Source: an uncultured Bacteroidota bacterium
GTDB lineage: Bacteria > Bacteroidota > Bacteroidia > AKYH767-A > OLB10
Length of the DNA: 64,000 nt
NCBI GenBank assembly: GCA_903881665.1
Contig: CAIRUC010000111.1
Location: forward strand, 4,815-68,814
Direction: 5' to 3'
The translations under genes were made by a program, and so were the position numbers. The notes under the pieces were generated by a model, which saw only the letters and a program-made list of their open reading frames with translations, did not search any database and was not told where the DNA came from. Positions 47,810 to 58,053 of this stretch are shown here, piece by piece (the stretch's first letter is position 1; each line of letters starts with the position of its first letter).

Positions 47810-48952
47810 CTATTTAATCTGCAAAATTCTACTCAATTTAAGTGACAAATCTAAGAATAAGATCTTTCCGTGCGCATTCCTTTCGATGTGATAATAAGCC
47901 TCGTTTAGGGCTTCCACGAACGGGGTCATATTAAGTGCATTTACGAAAGGCAAGAACTTATCGAGTGCTTGAATTTGCTGATTGTCAATCTTAACCAACT
48001 CACGATCGGCAAGGTTTATCATCATACACTCTCGCACAGTTTGAATACAAGCGAAAAGAAATTGTTTTTGCTTTTCGCGTCCTGATGCGTGCATACTATC
48101 AACCCACGTTTGAAGTTTATCCATCGACTTCATTGGATTGAAGCAGAGGCGCATCCAATTCAAAAATTCTGTTTCATGCGACGCATCACCTAAAGCTTCC
48201 CGCGAAAGCTCAAGAGCTAAATGAAAATTACCATCCGCCAAGCGCGCAATATCGCGGGCATGTTCATCCGAGAGTTGCTTCCGTTGAATTAATGCATTGG
48301 CAACCTCCTCGTCAGAAAGACGGTTGACTTTAATAAGCTGTGTTCGTGATAATATTGTTTGAATAATTTGGTCACGTTGTTCGCTGGCAAGAATGAAGAT
48401 CGTATTGTCGGGAGGTTCCTCAATGCTTTTTAGCATTTTATTCGAAACCACAGCGCTCATCTTTTCAGGAAGCCACATAATGACCACTTTGAAAGGAGCT
48501 TCATACGCTTTCATACTTATTTTTCGCACTATATCGCCGGCTTCTTCCACCATAATGGATGCCTGCTTATTTTCATTATCGGCAATTGATCCAACCCAAT
48601 CATTATAGTTTAAATAAGTAAATGGTATTACCGTTTCACGCCATTCGGTTATATAATCGAGACTAATTGGTTTTTTTAAACCACGTTTGGAGTCGGTAAC
48701 TACAGGATATGAATAATGTACATCGGGGTGAACCATCTTACTATTTCTCAAGCAAGAAGGACATTTTCCGCAGCTATCGGTATCGGTGCGATCTTTACAG
48801 GTTAGGAACTGAGCATAGGCCAAAGCAAGAGGCAAAACCCCCGAGCCATTGGGGCCAAAAAATAATTGAGCATGACTGATTCTCCCCTCTTTAAAAGAAA
48901 GAGCCAGCCGCTCCTTTACTGCCGCCTGACCAATTACATCTTTGAATTGCAT
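47810..48952 (-). CDS. holB: DNA polymerase III delta' subunit
   Basis: MQFKDVIGQ...RISHAQLFFGPNGSG is P-loop-like and CGKCPSCLR is the zinc module. SRTQ is also present. The start was moved to M13 of the track ORF. Confidence 0.88.
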   Translation of the reverse strand: MQFKDVIGQAAVKERLALSFKEGRISHAQLFFGPNGSGVLPLALAYAQFLTCKDRTDTDSCGKCPSCLRNSKMVHPDVHYSYPVVTDSKRGLKKPISLDYITEWRETVIPFTYLNYNDWVGSIADNENKQASIMVEEAGDIVRKISMKAYEAPFKVVIMWLPEKMSAVVSNKMLKSIEEPPDNTIFILASEQRDQIIQTILSRTQLIKVNRLSDEEVANALIQRKQLSDEHARDIARLADGNFHLALELSREALGDASHETEFLNWMRLCFNPMKSMDKLQTWVDSMHASGREKQKQFLFACIQTVRECMMINLADRELVKIDNQQIQALDKFLPFVNALNMTPFVEALNEAYYHIERNAHGKILFLDLSLKLSRILQIK

Positions 48953-49081
48953 GTTGGCAAAAATAAGGCGAAGAAGCTTGCAAACCATCCATCGCCATAG
49001 AAAAATATAACGAAAAGTTCATTTTTGTTAAGAAAGTAAGAAACAGCAGCAAAATGAAATGGGGTAGTTCCTAATTACGAC

Positions 49082-49089
49082 TATTTTTG
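49082..49089 (+). promoter_or_regulatory. -7 box TATTTTTG upstream of pgk
   Basis: Exact TAnnTTTG match, 24 nt before the ATG at 49113. Confidence 0.4.
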
Positions 49090-49112
49090 CAGTCCGATAA
49101 AAGGGAAATATT

Positions 49113-50315
49113 ATGCATATCAAAACAATTGATCATTACAATTTTGCTGGAAAGAAAGCACTTATTCGCGTCGATTTTAATGTTCCTCTTAACAGTGATT
49201 TCCATGTTTCCGATCCAACAAGGATAAATGCTGCGATTCCAACTATTCAAAAAATTTTGAACGACGGAGGAAGTGTTATTTTAATGTCTCATTTAGGCCG
49301 ACCCAAAGAAGGGCCTGCGGATAAATATTCGTTACGCCATATTGTTAGCACACTTTCCGAACAGCTTGGTGTGCCGGTGCAATTTGCATCAGATTGCATA
49401 AACGAACCTGCTGTAAATGCAGCGGCAGCCTTAAATCCAGGGCAAGTATTATTACTCGAGAATCTTCGTTTCTATAAAGAAGAAGAAAAAGGAGATCAGG
49501 AATTTGCAAAAAAAATTTCTTTATTAGGCGATGTTTATGTGAATGACGCTTTTGGAACTGCACATAGAGCTCATGCCAGTACCGCTGTGATTGCACAATA
49601 TTTCAAAGGTGAAAGCATGTTTGGCTATGTGATGGCTGGAGAGTTAAACAATGCAGAAAAAGTTTTGAATAACGCTGTTCGTCCGTTTACCGCTATTATG
49701 GGAGGCGCGAAAGTGTCGGATAAAATATTAATCATTGAACGCTTGATGGAGAAAGTAGATAACCTGATAATCGGAGGTGGAATGGCGTATACATTTATTA
49801 AAGCGCAAGGAGGAAATATAGGGGGCTCACTATGTGAATCAGATAAACTTGATTTAGCATTAAGAATATTGAAATCGGCAGATGAAAAAGGAGTAAATAT
49901 TCACTTGCCTGTTGATTCAATAAATGGCGATAAATTTGATAAAGATGCAAATACTAACGTTACGGATATCCGAAAAATTGAAGAAGGATGGTTAGGGTTA
50001 GATATTGGACCTGTATCGGCAGAGCAATTCTCGAAAGTAATTGCAGAAAGTAAAACCATTTTATGGAACGGACCGATGGGCGTTTTTGAAATGAAAAAAT
50101 TTGAAACAGGAACCCGAACTGTAGCAGAAGCAATAGTAGCGGCAACGTCAAAAGGAGCATTTTCTTTAATCGGCGGCGGTGACTCGGCGGCGGCAGTAAA
50201 TCAATTTCATTTTGCCGATCAAGTGAGTTATGTCTCAACCGGTGGAGGAGCACTTCTCGAGTATATTGAAGGGAAAGGATTGCCAGGAGTGAAAATGGTG
50301 ATAGAAGCTTATTAA
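49113..50315 (+). CDS. pgk: Phosphoglycerate kinase
   Basis: [30 protein letters not shown] and STGGGALLE are PGK signatures. Confidence 0.98.
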   Translation: MHIKTIDHYNFAGKKALIRVDFNVPLNSDFHVSDPTRINAAIPTIQKILNDGGSVILMSHLGRPKEGPADKYSLRHIVSTLSEQLGVPVQFASDCINEPAVNAAAALNPGQVLLLENLRFYKEEEKGDQEFAKKISLLGDVYVNDAFGTAHRAHASTAVIAQYFKGESMFGYVMAGELNNAEKVLNNAVRPFTAIMGGAKVSDKILIIERLMEKVDNLIIGGGMAYTFIKAQGGNIGGSLCESDKLDLALRILKSADEKGVNIHLPVDSINGDKFDKDANTNVTDIRKIEEGWLGLDIGPVSAEQFSKVIAESKTILWNGPMGVFEMKKFETGTRTVAEAIVAATSKGAFSLIGGGDSAAAVNQFHFADQVSYVSTGGGALLEYIEGKGLPGVKMVIEAY

Positions 50316-50436
50316 TTAGGTTTTAATAAAAGTTTAAGGGAGAATGGTTGGAATCTTTGCCCTTATTTGTTAACTGACTATAGGCAATAGGTAATAGTCA
50401 ATTCTATCCTATATAATCTGTATACCGAATTGTTTT

Positions 50437-50444
50437 TATCTTTG
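50437..50444 (+). promoter_or_regulatory. -7 box TATCTTTG upstream of cvpA
   Basis: Exact TAnnTTTG match, 18 nt before the ATG at 50462. Confidence 0.4.
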
Positions 50445-50461
50445 TATTCGAATTATAAACT

Positions 50462-50974
50462 ATGAATTACCTAGACGTGATTATTGCTGTTCCCTTATTA
50501 TGGGGCATGTATAAAGGCTGGAAACGCGGATTAATATTCGAGATTGCAATGATTATCGGATTGATACTCGGAATTTATATTGCCTTTAAATTCTCTAGTA
50601 TTTTTGAAGGAGTCGTTAAGAAGTTTGTTGATAGTCCTTCTACTGTGCTTCCATATATCACATTTTTTATAGTTTTTATTTTGGTGATAGTGGTGATGAT
50701 ATTACTTGCGAAATTCTTGGAAGGAATATTAAAAGCATCGAAACTCACGCCGATCAATCAAGTTGCCGGAGCGATCTTCGGTACGATAAAATTTGCGCTA
50801 ACGGTTAGTGTAATACTTGCAATTATTCGTCCTGTAGATGTAAGAATGGGGCTATTCACGGTAAAAACAAAAACAGAGTCGGTCCTTTATCAACCAGTAT
50901 TAAAAATAGCGCATTATCTTTTTCCTGCATTAGAAGATTTTAGAGAAGAGTTTGGGAAGAGAGTGGGGGGTTAG
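50462..50974 (+). CDS. cvpA: CvpA-family membrane protein
   Basis: The N-terminus is MNYLDVIIAVPLLWGMYKGWKRGLIFE. It has four TM segments and is 170 aa long. Confidence 0.85.
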   Translation: MNYLDVIIAVPLLWGMYKGWKRGLIFEIAMIIGLILGIYIAFKFSSIFEGVVKKFVDSPSTVLPYITFFIVFILVIVVMILLAKFLEGILKASKLTPINQVAGAIFGTIKFALTVSVILAIIRPVDVRMGLFTVKTKTESVLYQPVLKIAHYLFPALEDFREEFGKRVGG

Positions 50975-51095
50975 TTTGAGGTTCGAAGTTCATAGTTCTA
51001 AATTCTAAGTTCTTAGTTCGGCGAAGCTGACAAAGTTTGGGCTTGCCCCAATAGGGTTGCACGAAGCGAGTGGCATCGAGCGGAGTCGATATGAT
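50975..51095 (+). repeat. Copy of the heptad-lead-in/GCGAAGC intergenic repeat, starting at the cvpA stop codon
   Basis: Six heptads of form nnAGTTC occupy 50978-51019 (gaggttc gaagttc atagttc taaattc taagttc ttagttc). They are followed by gGCGAAGCtgacaaagtttgggcttgcccc and a second aCGAAGCgag at 51061. Confidence 0.8.
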
Positions 51096-51124
51096 GTTGT
51101 ATTAAAGGATTAAAAAATCAAATT

Positions 51125-51619
51125 ATGAAAAAGGTAATATTATCATTCTTGTTTGTTGTGGCTGCGCAGTTGGTTTTTGGGCAAGAAACACCAAAGCCGG
51201 TTGAGATTTATCATCCTGATGCGGATGCCAAAGCGCAGATAAAAAAAGCTATTTCGGAGGCGAAGGCAGATAATAAACAGGTACTATTAATGATTGGAGG
51301 TAATTGGTGTAAGTGGTGCAGAATGTTTGATAAATTCATTCATGTAGATACGCAGATTGATTCAGCATTGAAATCAGGATTTGTAATGGAGCATATTAAT
51401 TTTAGTAAAGAAAATAAGAATGCAGAATTATTGTCGATGCTTTCATTTCCTCAACGATTCGGATTTCCTGTCTTCGTAATATTAGATGCACAAGGGAATA
51501 GAATTCATACACAGAATTCAAGTTATCTCGAAGAGGGCGAAGGATACAGTAAAGAAAAAATTATGGAGTTTTTTAAACAATGGAGTCCGCAGGCGTTAAA
51601 TCCCGCAAATTATAAGTAA
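51125..51619 (+). CDS. Secreted thioredoxin-fold protein
   Basis: A signal peptide is present, with a CxxC in GGNWCKWCRMFDKF. Confidence 0.75.
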   Translation: MKKVILSFLFVVAAQLVFGQETPKPVEIYHPDADAKAQIKKAISEAKADNKQVLLMIGGNWCKWCRMFDKFIHVDTQIDSALKSGFVMEHINFSKENKNAELLSMLSFPQRFGFPVFVILDAQGNRIHTQNSSYLEEGEGYSKEKIMEFFKQWSPQALNPANYK

Positions 51620-51653
51620 AAGAATATTGCAATAAAAATAACAGAATTACAGC

Positions 51654-52577
51654 ATGGAGCCGATTAGCTTTTGGGTAGGATTTAATGTTTTCATTGTTGC
51701 ATTATTGGTGCTTGATCTTGTTGTGCTTAATAAAACCGATAAGGAAGTTACGTTTAAGCAATCGTTGTTATGGGTAGCATTTTGGGCTGTCATTGCATTA
51801 ATGTTTAACGCTTGGGTGTATACTGTTAAAGGTCATGAAAAAGCGTTTGAGTTTTTAACGGGTTATGTTATTGAATGGAGTTTGAGTGTAGATAATCTCT
51901 TTGTCTTTATAGTCATTTTTAGTTATTTTAAAGTGCCTAAACAATATGAATATCGCGTTTTGTTTTGGGGAATTTTAGGCGCATTAATATTACGAGGCGC
52001 TTTTATTGTTGCAGGTGTTGCAGCGTTTCACATGTTTAGCTGGTTGATTTATGTCTTCGGAGGAATTTTATTATTTACCGGATTGAAAATGTTTTTCTCG
52101 GGCGATGATGAGAATCCTTCATTCGACGATAATTTATTGGTTCGTGTTTGTCGCAAAATATTTCCGATAACAGAAGAATATCACGGAAAACATTTCATGG
52201 TTAAGCAAGCCGGTCGATGGTTGGCAACACCATTGTTGTTGGTGTTAATTGTTGTTGATTTTACAGATTTAATTTTTGCAGTTGATTCAATCCCTGCAGT
52301 ATTAGCTATCAGTAAGGATTCGTTTATTGTTTATACCAGTAATGTTTTTGCTATTCTCGGATTACGTTCACTGTATTTCGCATTGTCAGGAATGATGAAT
52401 TTGTTTAAGTATTTAAAATATGGGTTGGCAGTGATTTTATCGTTTGTCGGGATTAAAATGTTAGGTTCCGAATTTTTCCATATCCCTACTGTTTATGCAT
52501 TGTTAGTTGTATTAGGCGTTCTTGCCATGAGCATTCTACTTTCTCTAAATGCTTCTAACAAAGAATCGGTAAAATGA
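51654..52577 (+). CDS. TerC-family integral membrane protein
   Basis: The duplicated motif ...EWSLSVDNLFVF... / ...DLIFAVDSIPAVLAI... is typical of TerC/Alx. Confidence 0.9.
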   Translation: MEPISFWVGFNVFIVALLVLDLVVLNKTDKEVTFKQSLLWVAFWAVIALMFNAWVYTVKGHEKAFEFLTGYVIEWSLSVDNLFVFIVIFSYFKVPKQYEYRVLFWGILGALILRGAFIVAGVAAFHMFSWLIYVFGGILLFTGLKMFFSGDDENPSFDDNLLVRVCRKIFPITEEYHGKHFMVKQAGRWLATPLLLVLIVVDFTDLIFAVDSIPAVLAISKDSFIVYTSNVFAILGLRSLYFALSGMMNLFKYLKYGLAVILSFVGIKMLGSEFFHIPTVYALLVVLGVLAMSILLSLNASNKESVK

Positions 52578-53359
52578 AAGCCGTTAAGTTGTTGTTGAAT
52601 TATTGTAAGTATTATTTTGTTTCGGTGGGCCGCCACGGATTGCAAAGTTCTTTCATGTATAATTTAAATGAATTTGTTTGGCGACGCGATAAAAAAGAGG
52701 CTGATCAAAAAAAAATAGAGAAGTTTCGTCAAGCATTTTTAAGCAACAATACAACTATTTTTGTGCGCGATTTTGGAGCAGGATTTGGAGGGAAAGTGTA
52801 TAAGCAACTTCCAATTTCATTTATCACAAAACGATCGAGTAAACTTCCTAAATATGCTAGGATGTTATATCGATTAAGTAAATATTTAAAGCCTACCTAT
52901 ATTCTTGAAGTAGGAACTTCCGTTGGTATTAGCGCCTTATATCAAGCCACAGGGAATCCTTCAGCGCAAGTGATAACCTTAGAAGGTTGCGATCAAACGG
53001 CTGCGTTAGCAAGAAAGGGTTTCATGCAATTTCCTGAATTAAATATTGAAGTGATAGAAGGTGAGTTTTCGCAAACACTTCCGCATGCAATCGCAATAAT
53101 GCCACGACTCGATTTTGTGTATCTCGATGGTAATCATAAGTTGAAACCCACGCTCGAATATTTCGAAATGTGCTTAGAAAAAGTACATGATGATACTGTA
53201 ATTATTGTTGACGACATTAATTGGTCACTAGAGATGAAAGAAGCCTGGAAGCTAATTTCATCACATCCGAAAGTAACCATCAGCATCGATGTTTTTATGA
53301 TGGGAATTGTTTTTTTTAATAAAGGGTTTTCGAAAGAGAAATTTGTGGTGAGATATTAA
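52574..53359 (+). CDS. Class I SAM-dependent (O-)methyltransferase
   Basis: ILEVGTSVGISALY is the SAM motif I, and DFVYLDGNH follows. It has an ATGA overlap with the TerC gene. Confidence 0.75.
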   Translation: MKAVKLLLNYCKYYFVSVGRHGLQSSFMYNLNEFVWRRDKKEADQKKIEKFRQAFLSNNTTIFVRDFGAGFGGKVYKQLPISFITKRSSKLPKYARMLYRLSKYLKPTYILEVGTSVGISALYQATGNPSAQVITLEGCDQTAALARKGFMQFPELNIEVIEGEFSQTLPHAIAIMPRLDFVYLDGNHKLKPTLEYFEMCLEKVHDDTVIIVDDINWSLEMKEAWKLISSHPKVTISIDVFMMGIVFFNKGFSKEKFVVRY

Positions 53360-53507
53360 AAATTTAATCGAATTCATTGCTGATTTCTCCTTATCAGTAA
53401 TGCATTGATTTTTATTTTTCATATGTTTAGAACTGCATTTTTTTATTTAGCCTTAAAAAACCTTGTTTCATTTTTAATTTGATTCAGTTATTTATCGTTT
53501 TGATTGT

Positions 53508-53515
53508 TACCTTTG
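53508..53515 (+). promoter_or_regulatory. -7 box TACCTTTG upstream of the ABC ATPase gene
   Basis: Exact TAnnTTTG match, 22 nt before the GTG at 53537. Confidence 0.35.
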
Positions 53516-53536
53516 AGGAAATAAGTTTTCAATATC

Positions 53537-54250
53537 GTGGAATCGATTATTAAAGTTGTCAATATCGCCAAGACCTACGTGGTAGGGACTGAAACTATTC
53601 ACGCTCTACGAAATGTGAATATGGAGATTTACAAGAATGAGTATGTAGCTTTGATGGGTTCGTCGGGGTCGGGAAAATCGACGTTGATGAATGTGTTGGG
53701 CTGTTTAGATACTCCTTCTGCAGGTGAGTATTTCTTGAATGGCATTAACGTGGCTAAAATGACCGATAATGAGTTGGCCGATATTCGTAATCGCCAAATC
53801 GGTTTCGTCTTTCAATCTTTTAATCTCTTGCCAAGAAGTACTGCCCTCGAAAATGTAGCACTGCCATTAGTATATGCTGGAATTGGTAAAGAGGAACGCG
53901 AGGAAAGGGCCTTTGAGGCGCTTAAGAGTGTAGGTTTAGATGGACGCGTTATGCATAGGCCTAATGAATTGTCGGGAGGGCAGCGTCAACGTGTGGCCGT
54001 AGCTCGCGCTTTAGTAACAAATCCAGCTATTATTCTTGCTGATGAGCCAACTGGAAACCTCGATTCTAAAACTTCAGAGGAAATGATGGAGTTGTTTGCT
54101 GAAATACATCGCAAAGGAAATACAGTTATTTTAGTAACACACGAGGAAGACATTGCGCGACACGCACATCGTATTGTTCGCTTGAAAGATGGTGGTGTTG
54201 AGAATGATGGACCAAACCCTGCTTTTAAACTTAAAACAGCATTGGTGTAA
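53537..54250 (+). CDS. ABC transporter ATP-binding protein (MacB/LolD-type)
   Basis: Walker A is GSSGSGKST, the signature is [15 protein letters not shown] and Walker B is ILADEPT. The start codon is GTG. No permease gene is adjacent. Confidence 0.92.
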   Translation: MESIIKVVNIAKTYVVGTETIHALRNVNMEIYKNEYVALMGSSGSGKSTLMNVLGCLDTPSAGEYFLNGINVAKMTDNELADIRNRQIGFVFQSFNLLPRSTALENVALPLVYAGIGKEEREERAFEALKSVGLDGRVMHRPNELSGGQRQRVAVARALVTNPAIILADEPTGNLDSKTSEEMMELFAEIHRKGNTVILVTHEEDIARHAHRIVRLKDGGVENDGPNPAFKLKTALV

Positions 54251-54798
54251 TGAAGATTTATACAAAAACGGGTGATAAGGGCGAAACGTCTTTGATAGGA
54301 GGTTCGAGAGTTCCGAAATATCATTTAAGAATAGAAGGGTATGGCACTATCGATGAATTAAACGCGTGGATTGGATTAATTCGTGACCAAGAAATCCCAA
54401 AAGATTTGATTGATGTACTACTGGAAATACAAGATCGCTTGTTTACAATTGGTTCATTGCTCGCTAGCGATCCCGAAAAAGGAAAGATGAAGTTACCAGA
54501 ATTAGTAGAGGGAGACATTCAATTGCTCGAAAATGAGATGGATCGAATGGAAAAATGTTTGCCGCCATTAAAATCTTTTGTGTTGCCTGGCGGACACCAA
54601 ACTGTTTCTTATATTCATATTGCGCGTTGCGTATGTCGACGTGCGGAACGACTTATTGTTCATTTGTCGGTTGAAAATGAGGTAGATACAAATATTAGCA
54701 TCTATTTGAATCGACTTTCAGATTATCTTTTTATGATTTCTCGTTACGTTGCACAGGAACTTAAAGCACCTGAAACACCGTGGAAACCAAGAATGTAA
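54250..54798 (+). CDS. PduO-type ATP:cob(I)alamin adenosyltransferase
   Basis: [15 protein letters not shown] is the canonical N-terminus, and ...RCVCRRAER... follows. It has a TAATG overlap with the ABC ATPase gene. Confidence 0.9.
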   Translation: MKIYTKTGDKGETSLIGGSRVPKYHLRIEGYGTIDELNAWIGLIRDQEIPKDLIDVLLEIQDRLFTIGSLLASDPEKGKMKLPELVEGDIQLLENEMDRMEKCLPPLKSFVLPGGHQTVSYIHIARCVCRRAERLIVHLSVENEVDTNISIYLNRLSDYLFMISRYVAQELKAPETPWKPRM

Positions 54799-54842
54799 TA
54801 AAAAGCTGATCGCCAATTTGTTTTCTAAGAAAAATCTTTTAT

Positions 54843-54850
54843 TACTTTTG
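54843..54850 (+). promoter_or_regulatory. -7 box TACTTTTG upstream of the DUF2795-like gene
   Basis: Exact TAnnTTTG match, 73 nt before the ATG at 54923. Confidence 0.3.
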
Positions 54851-54922
54851 CAGCCCTCTAACAGGGAGTGAAACTTGTTGAGAATATTTACGTATCCAAT
54901 TAACCAATTTAAAATATTTAAT

Positions 54923-55144
54923 ATGTACTGGACCTTAGAACTTGCTTCACACTTGGAAGACGCTCCTTGGCCGGCCACCAAAGATGAGCTGATTGATTAT
55001 GCTATTCGTTCGGGAGCCCCAATGGAAGTAATTGAAAACTTACAGGAGCTTGAAGACGAAGGCGAGCCGTATGAAACGATAGAGGAGATATGGCCGGATT
55101 ATCCGACTAAGGATGACTTCTTCTTCAACGAAGATGAATATTAG
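54923..55144 (+). CDS. Small acidic protein, DUF2795-like
   Basis: The product is MYWTLELASHLEDAPWPATKDELIDYAIRSGAPMEVIENL. The start was moved from the TTG at 54875. Confidence 0.7.
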   Translation: MYWTLELASHLEDAPWPATKDELIDYAIRSGAPMEVIENLQELEDEGEPYETIEEIWPDYPTKDDFFFNEDEY

Positions 55145-55166
55145 CAAAAACTGAAATGCTAAAAAA

Positions 55167-55194
55167 GAACCCGTACACATGTGCGGGTTTTTTG
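55167..55194 (+). terminator. Rho-independent terminator
   Basis: The hairpin cccgtacacatgtgcggg (55170-55187) is followed by T7. Confidence 0.8.
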
Positions 55195-55613
55195 TTTAAT
55201 TTAGAATTGCAAGCAAGTCAGGATTCAATAATTTTTTATTGGCCGCAGATGCCGCTGGTGCGATGTAATTTTTTGCAAAGACGATTTAAAAAATTGTTGC
55301 ATAGACATATTCTACGGAATTATTTTTTAGAAGTATTTGTGAAAAAGGATGAGCAGATGGGTTAAAAATATGCTGGCAATTGGTCATTTATACTTTTTCA
55401 ACTGAAGGAAAAAGTAAGAGCCATCGCGCGGCTCGAGCGCGTTGGAAGAGGATTTTGGTTAATTCTTAATCGCTACTATTGAAATATTTGATTTGGGAAA
55501 AGTTATTTTTCATAGAAATTCGAATGAATTGAGATGAGAAATTTATTGATCAATAGAAAAAGCGTTGCAGATTTTTTCTATTTTAAAGGATAAATGAATG
55601 AATAGTTTACTCC

Positions 55614-55643
55614 AAAAAAATCCCGACTTTCATCGGGACTTTT
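55614..55643 (-). terminator. Rho-independent terminator of recQ
   Basis: On the minus strand the hairpin tcccga-tgaaag-tcggga is followed by T7 (A7 at 55614-55620 on the plus strand). Confidence 0.75.
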
Positions 55644-55662
55644 TAGTTTTATTACGGCAAAC

Positions 55663-57867
55663 TTAGTTTCCCATTTCACTCATGAATTTAATTCGCATCA
55701 ATCGGATATCTTCCTCTGTATAATCATCTTCACCTAGTTCTTTTAAGGCATCAGCTACAGAGTCGGTTTCTGCAGTTTGGAAGTATTCAAATACTTCATC
55801 CTGACGATCTTCATCGATTACTTCGTTGATATAATAACTGATATCGATTTTAGTTCCAGAGGCAACGATAGTCTCTAGTTCAGTAATCATATCTGTAAGT
55901 TTCAACCCTTTCGCTTTCGCCATTCCCTCAAGTGAAATTTTACGGTCAATATTTTGAATGATATATACTTTCAATCCGCTTTTATTCACCACGCTTTTTA
56001 CTACGAGGTCCATCGGACGTTCGATATCATTATCCTCAACATATTTCTTAATAAGATCGATGAATGGTTTCCCGTATTTCACCGCTTTTCCAGAACCTAC
56101 GCCAGCGATATTTTTTAACTCATCAACCGAAATAGGGTAGTTTGTTGCCATCTCTTCTAGCGAAGGGTCTTGGAATACAACAAACGGAGGAACATTCATC
56201 GTCTTCGCTACATTTTTGCGAAGATTTTTTAGCATCTCAAACAATTGCTCATCGGCTGCGCCACCACCACCAGAACCACCACCAGCAAACTCATCGTCCT
56301 CTTCGGTTTCTGTGTTATCGAAGCTAGTATCGAGAGAAATTTTAAAGGAAGAAGGCGTTTTTAAATAGGCATGTCCGCTTTCGCTCACCTTCAATAATCC
56401 GTAGTTGTCGATATCCTTATGCAATAAGCCAGATAAAACAGCTTGACGAGCTAAAGTAATCCAGAAGCGTTCACTCTGATCTCCGCCATCGCCAAATAAT
56501 TCTAATTTATCGTGCTTATACGTTTTTACCTGCTGATCGATTTTGCCCATTAGGACATTTACAACATGCTCGGCTTGGTGTTTTTCTTTAACAGCCAAGA
56601 TTGCTTCGAGTAATAATTCGAGCTCATCTTGTGCTTCAATCTGCGGTTTAGGGTGTAAACAATTGTCGCAATTGCCACAATTGTCTTGATCATAACGCTC
56701 TCCAAAATAATTAAGTAAAACTCTTCGGCGACAAACACTAGTTTCGGCATATCCAACTGTTTCAATCAACAATTGTTTACCAATTTCTTGTTCAGCCACC
56801 GGTTTGCCCTTCATGAATTTTTCGAGCTTCTCAATATCCTTATAAGAGTAGAAAGTTACGCATCGACCTTCACGTCCGTCACGTCCAGCACGTCCTGTTT
56901 CTTGATAATAACCCTCTAAACTTTTTGGTATATCATGATGAATTACAAAGCGAACATCTGGTTTATCGATTCCCATTCCGAAAGCGATAGTTGCAACAAT
57001 AACATCTACCTCTTCCATAAGGAATTTATCCTGATGGCTAGCGCGCGTAGACGCATCTAATCCAGCATGATAAGGAAGCGCACGAATGCCATTTACAGTA
57101 AGCGTTTCTGCTACCTCCTCCACTTTTTTACGGCTGAGGCAATATATTACTCCTGATTTGCCGGCGTGTTGCTTTACGAATTTGATTATTTCCTTTAGCA
57201 CATTCTGCTTAGGACGGATCTCATAATAAAGATTACCGCGATTAAATGACGCTTTAAACAAGGCAGAGTCCATCATTCCCAGATTTTTCTGGATATCGCC
57301 CTGTACTTTTTCTGTAGCGGTAGCGGTTAAAGCTATGATAGGAACTTTGCCAATTTCATCAATGATAGGGCGCAGTCGACGATATTCAGGGCGGAAATCA
57401 TGTCCCCACTCTGAAATACAATGCGCTTCATCAATTGCAAAAAAGGAAATATTTACATCTTGAAGGAATTTCACATTCTCTTCCTTGGTTAAAGATTCGG
57501 GTGCGACGTATAGTAATTTAGTCTTGCCATCTTTTATATCTTTCCTAACGGCTTGTATTTCAGCCTTTGAAAGAGAAGAGTTTAAGAAATGAGCAACACC
57601 ATCATCCGTATTAAAGCCACGAATGGCATCAACCTGATTCTTCATTAATGCAATTAACGGAGATATTACTATTGCAGTACCTTCGCTCATTAGCGCTGGA
57701 AGTTGGTAGCACATTGATTTGCCACCACCGGTAGGCATAATAACGAATGTATTACGACGTTCAAGCACATTACGAATGATCTCTTCTTGATCACCTTTGA
57801 ATTGCTCAAAACCAAAATATTTATTTAACGCTTCTAAAAGCGTTGACTCTGCCACTAGCATGTACAC
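55663..57867 (-). CDS. recQ: ATP-dependent DNA helicase RecQ
   Basis: FRGDQEEII, PTGGGKS (motif I), DEAHC (DEAH box), the zinc module CRRR...CGNCDNC and a C-terminal HRDC region are all present. Confidence 0.96.
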   Translation of the reverse strand: MYMLVAESTLLEALNKYFGFEQFKGDQEEIIRNVLERRNTFVIMPTGGGKSMCYQLPALMSEGTAIVISPLIALMKNQVDAIRGFNTDDGVAHFLNSSLSKAEIQAVRKDIKDGKTKLLYVAPESLTKEENVKFLQDVNISFFAIDEAHCISEWGHDFRPEYRRLRPIIDEIGKVPIIALTATATEKVQGDIQKNLGMMDSALFKASFNRGNLYYEIRPKQNVLKEIIKFVKQHAGKSGVIYCLSRKKVEEVAETLTVNGIRALPYHAGLDASTRASHQDKFLMEEVDVIVATIAFGMGIDKPDVRFVIHHDIPKSLEGYYQETGRAGRDGREGRCVTFYSYKDIEKLEKFMKGKPVAEQEIGKQLLIETVGYAETSVCRRRVLLNYFGERYDQDNCGNCDNCLHPKPQIEAQDELELLLEAILAVKEKHQAEHVVNVLMGKIDQQVKTYKHDKLELFGDGGDQSERFWITLARQAVLSGLLHKDIDNYGLLKVSESGHAYLKTPSSFKISLDTSFDNTETEEDDEFAGGGSGGGGAADEQLFEMLKNLRKNVAKTMNVPPFVVFQDPSLEEMATNYPISVDELKNIAGVGSGKAVKYGKPFIDLIKKYVEDNDIERPMDLVVKSVVNKSGLKVYIIQNIDRKISLEGMAKAKGLKLTDMITELETIVASGTKIDISYYINEVIDEDRQDEVFEYFQTAETDSVADALKELGEDDYTEEDIRLMRIKFMSEMGN

Positions 57868-58028
57868 GGGAAATTAAGGGACAACAAATTTAAACTATTT
57901 TTGTCTGCCAAACGCAAACAATTTTTATTTCATTACACATAAATAATTAAATTATTTTGCTCTTTTAGCTTTGCGTGAAGATAAAGTAATAAAGATAGAA
58001 TTGCAAGTGAAAAACGTAGAGAAAAAAA

Positions 58029-58036
58029 TATTTTTG
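58029..58036 (+). promoter_or_regulatory. -7 box TATTTTTG upstream of kdsD
   Basis: Exact TAnnTTTG match, 18 nt before the ATG at 58054. Confidence 0.4.
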
Positions 58037-58053
58037 TAAAGACTGAATAAAAC

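Noticed and set aside
55156-55365. 69-aa ORF downstream of the DUF2795-like gene
   Set aside because: It starts inside the stem-loop of a clear terminator. It has no promoter box and its composition is basic and low complexity.
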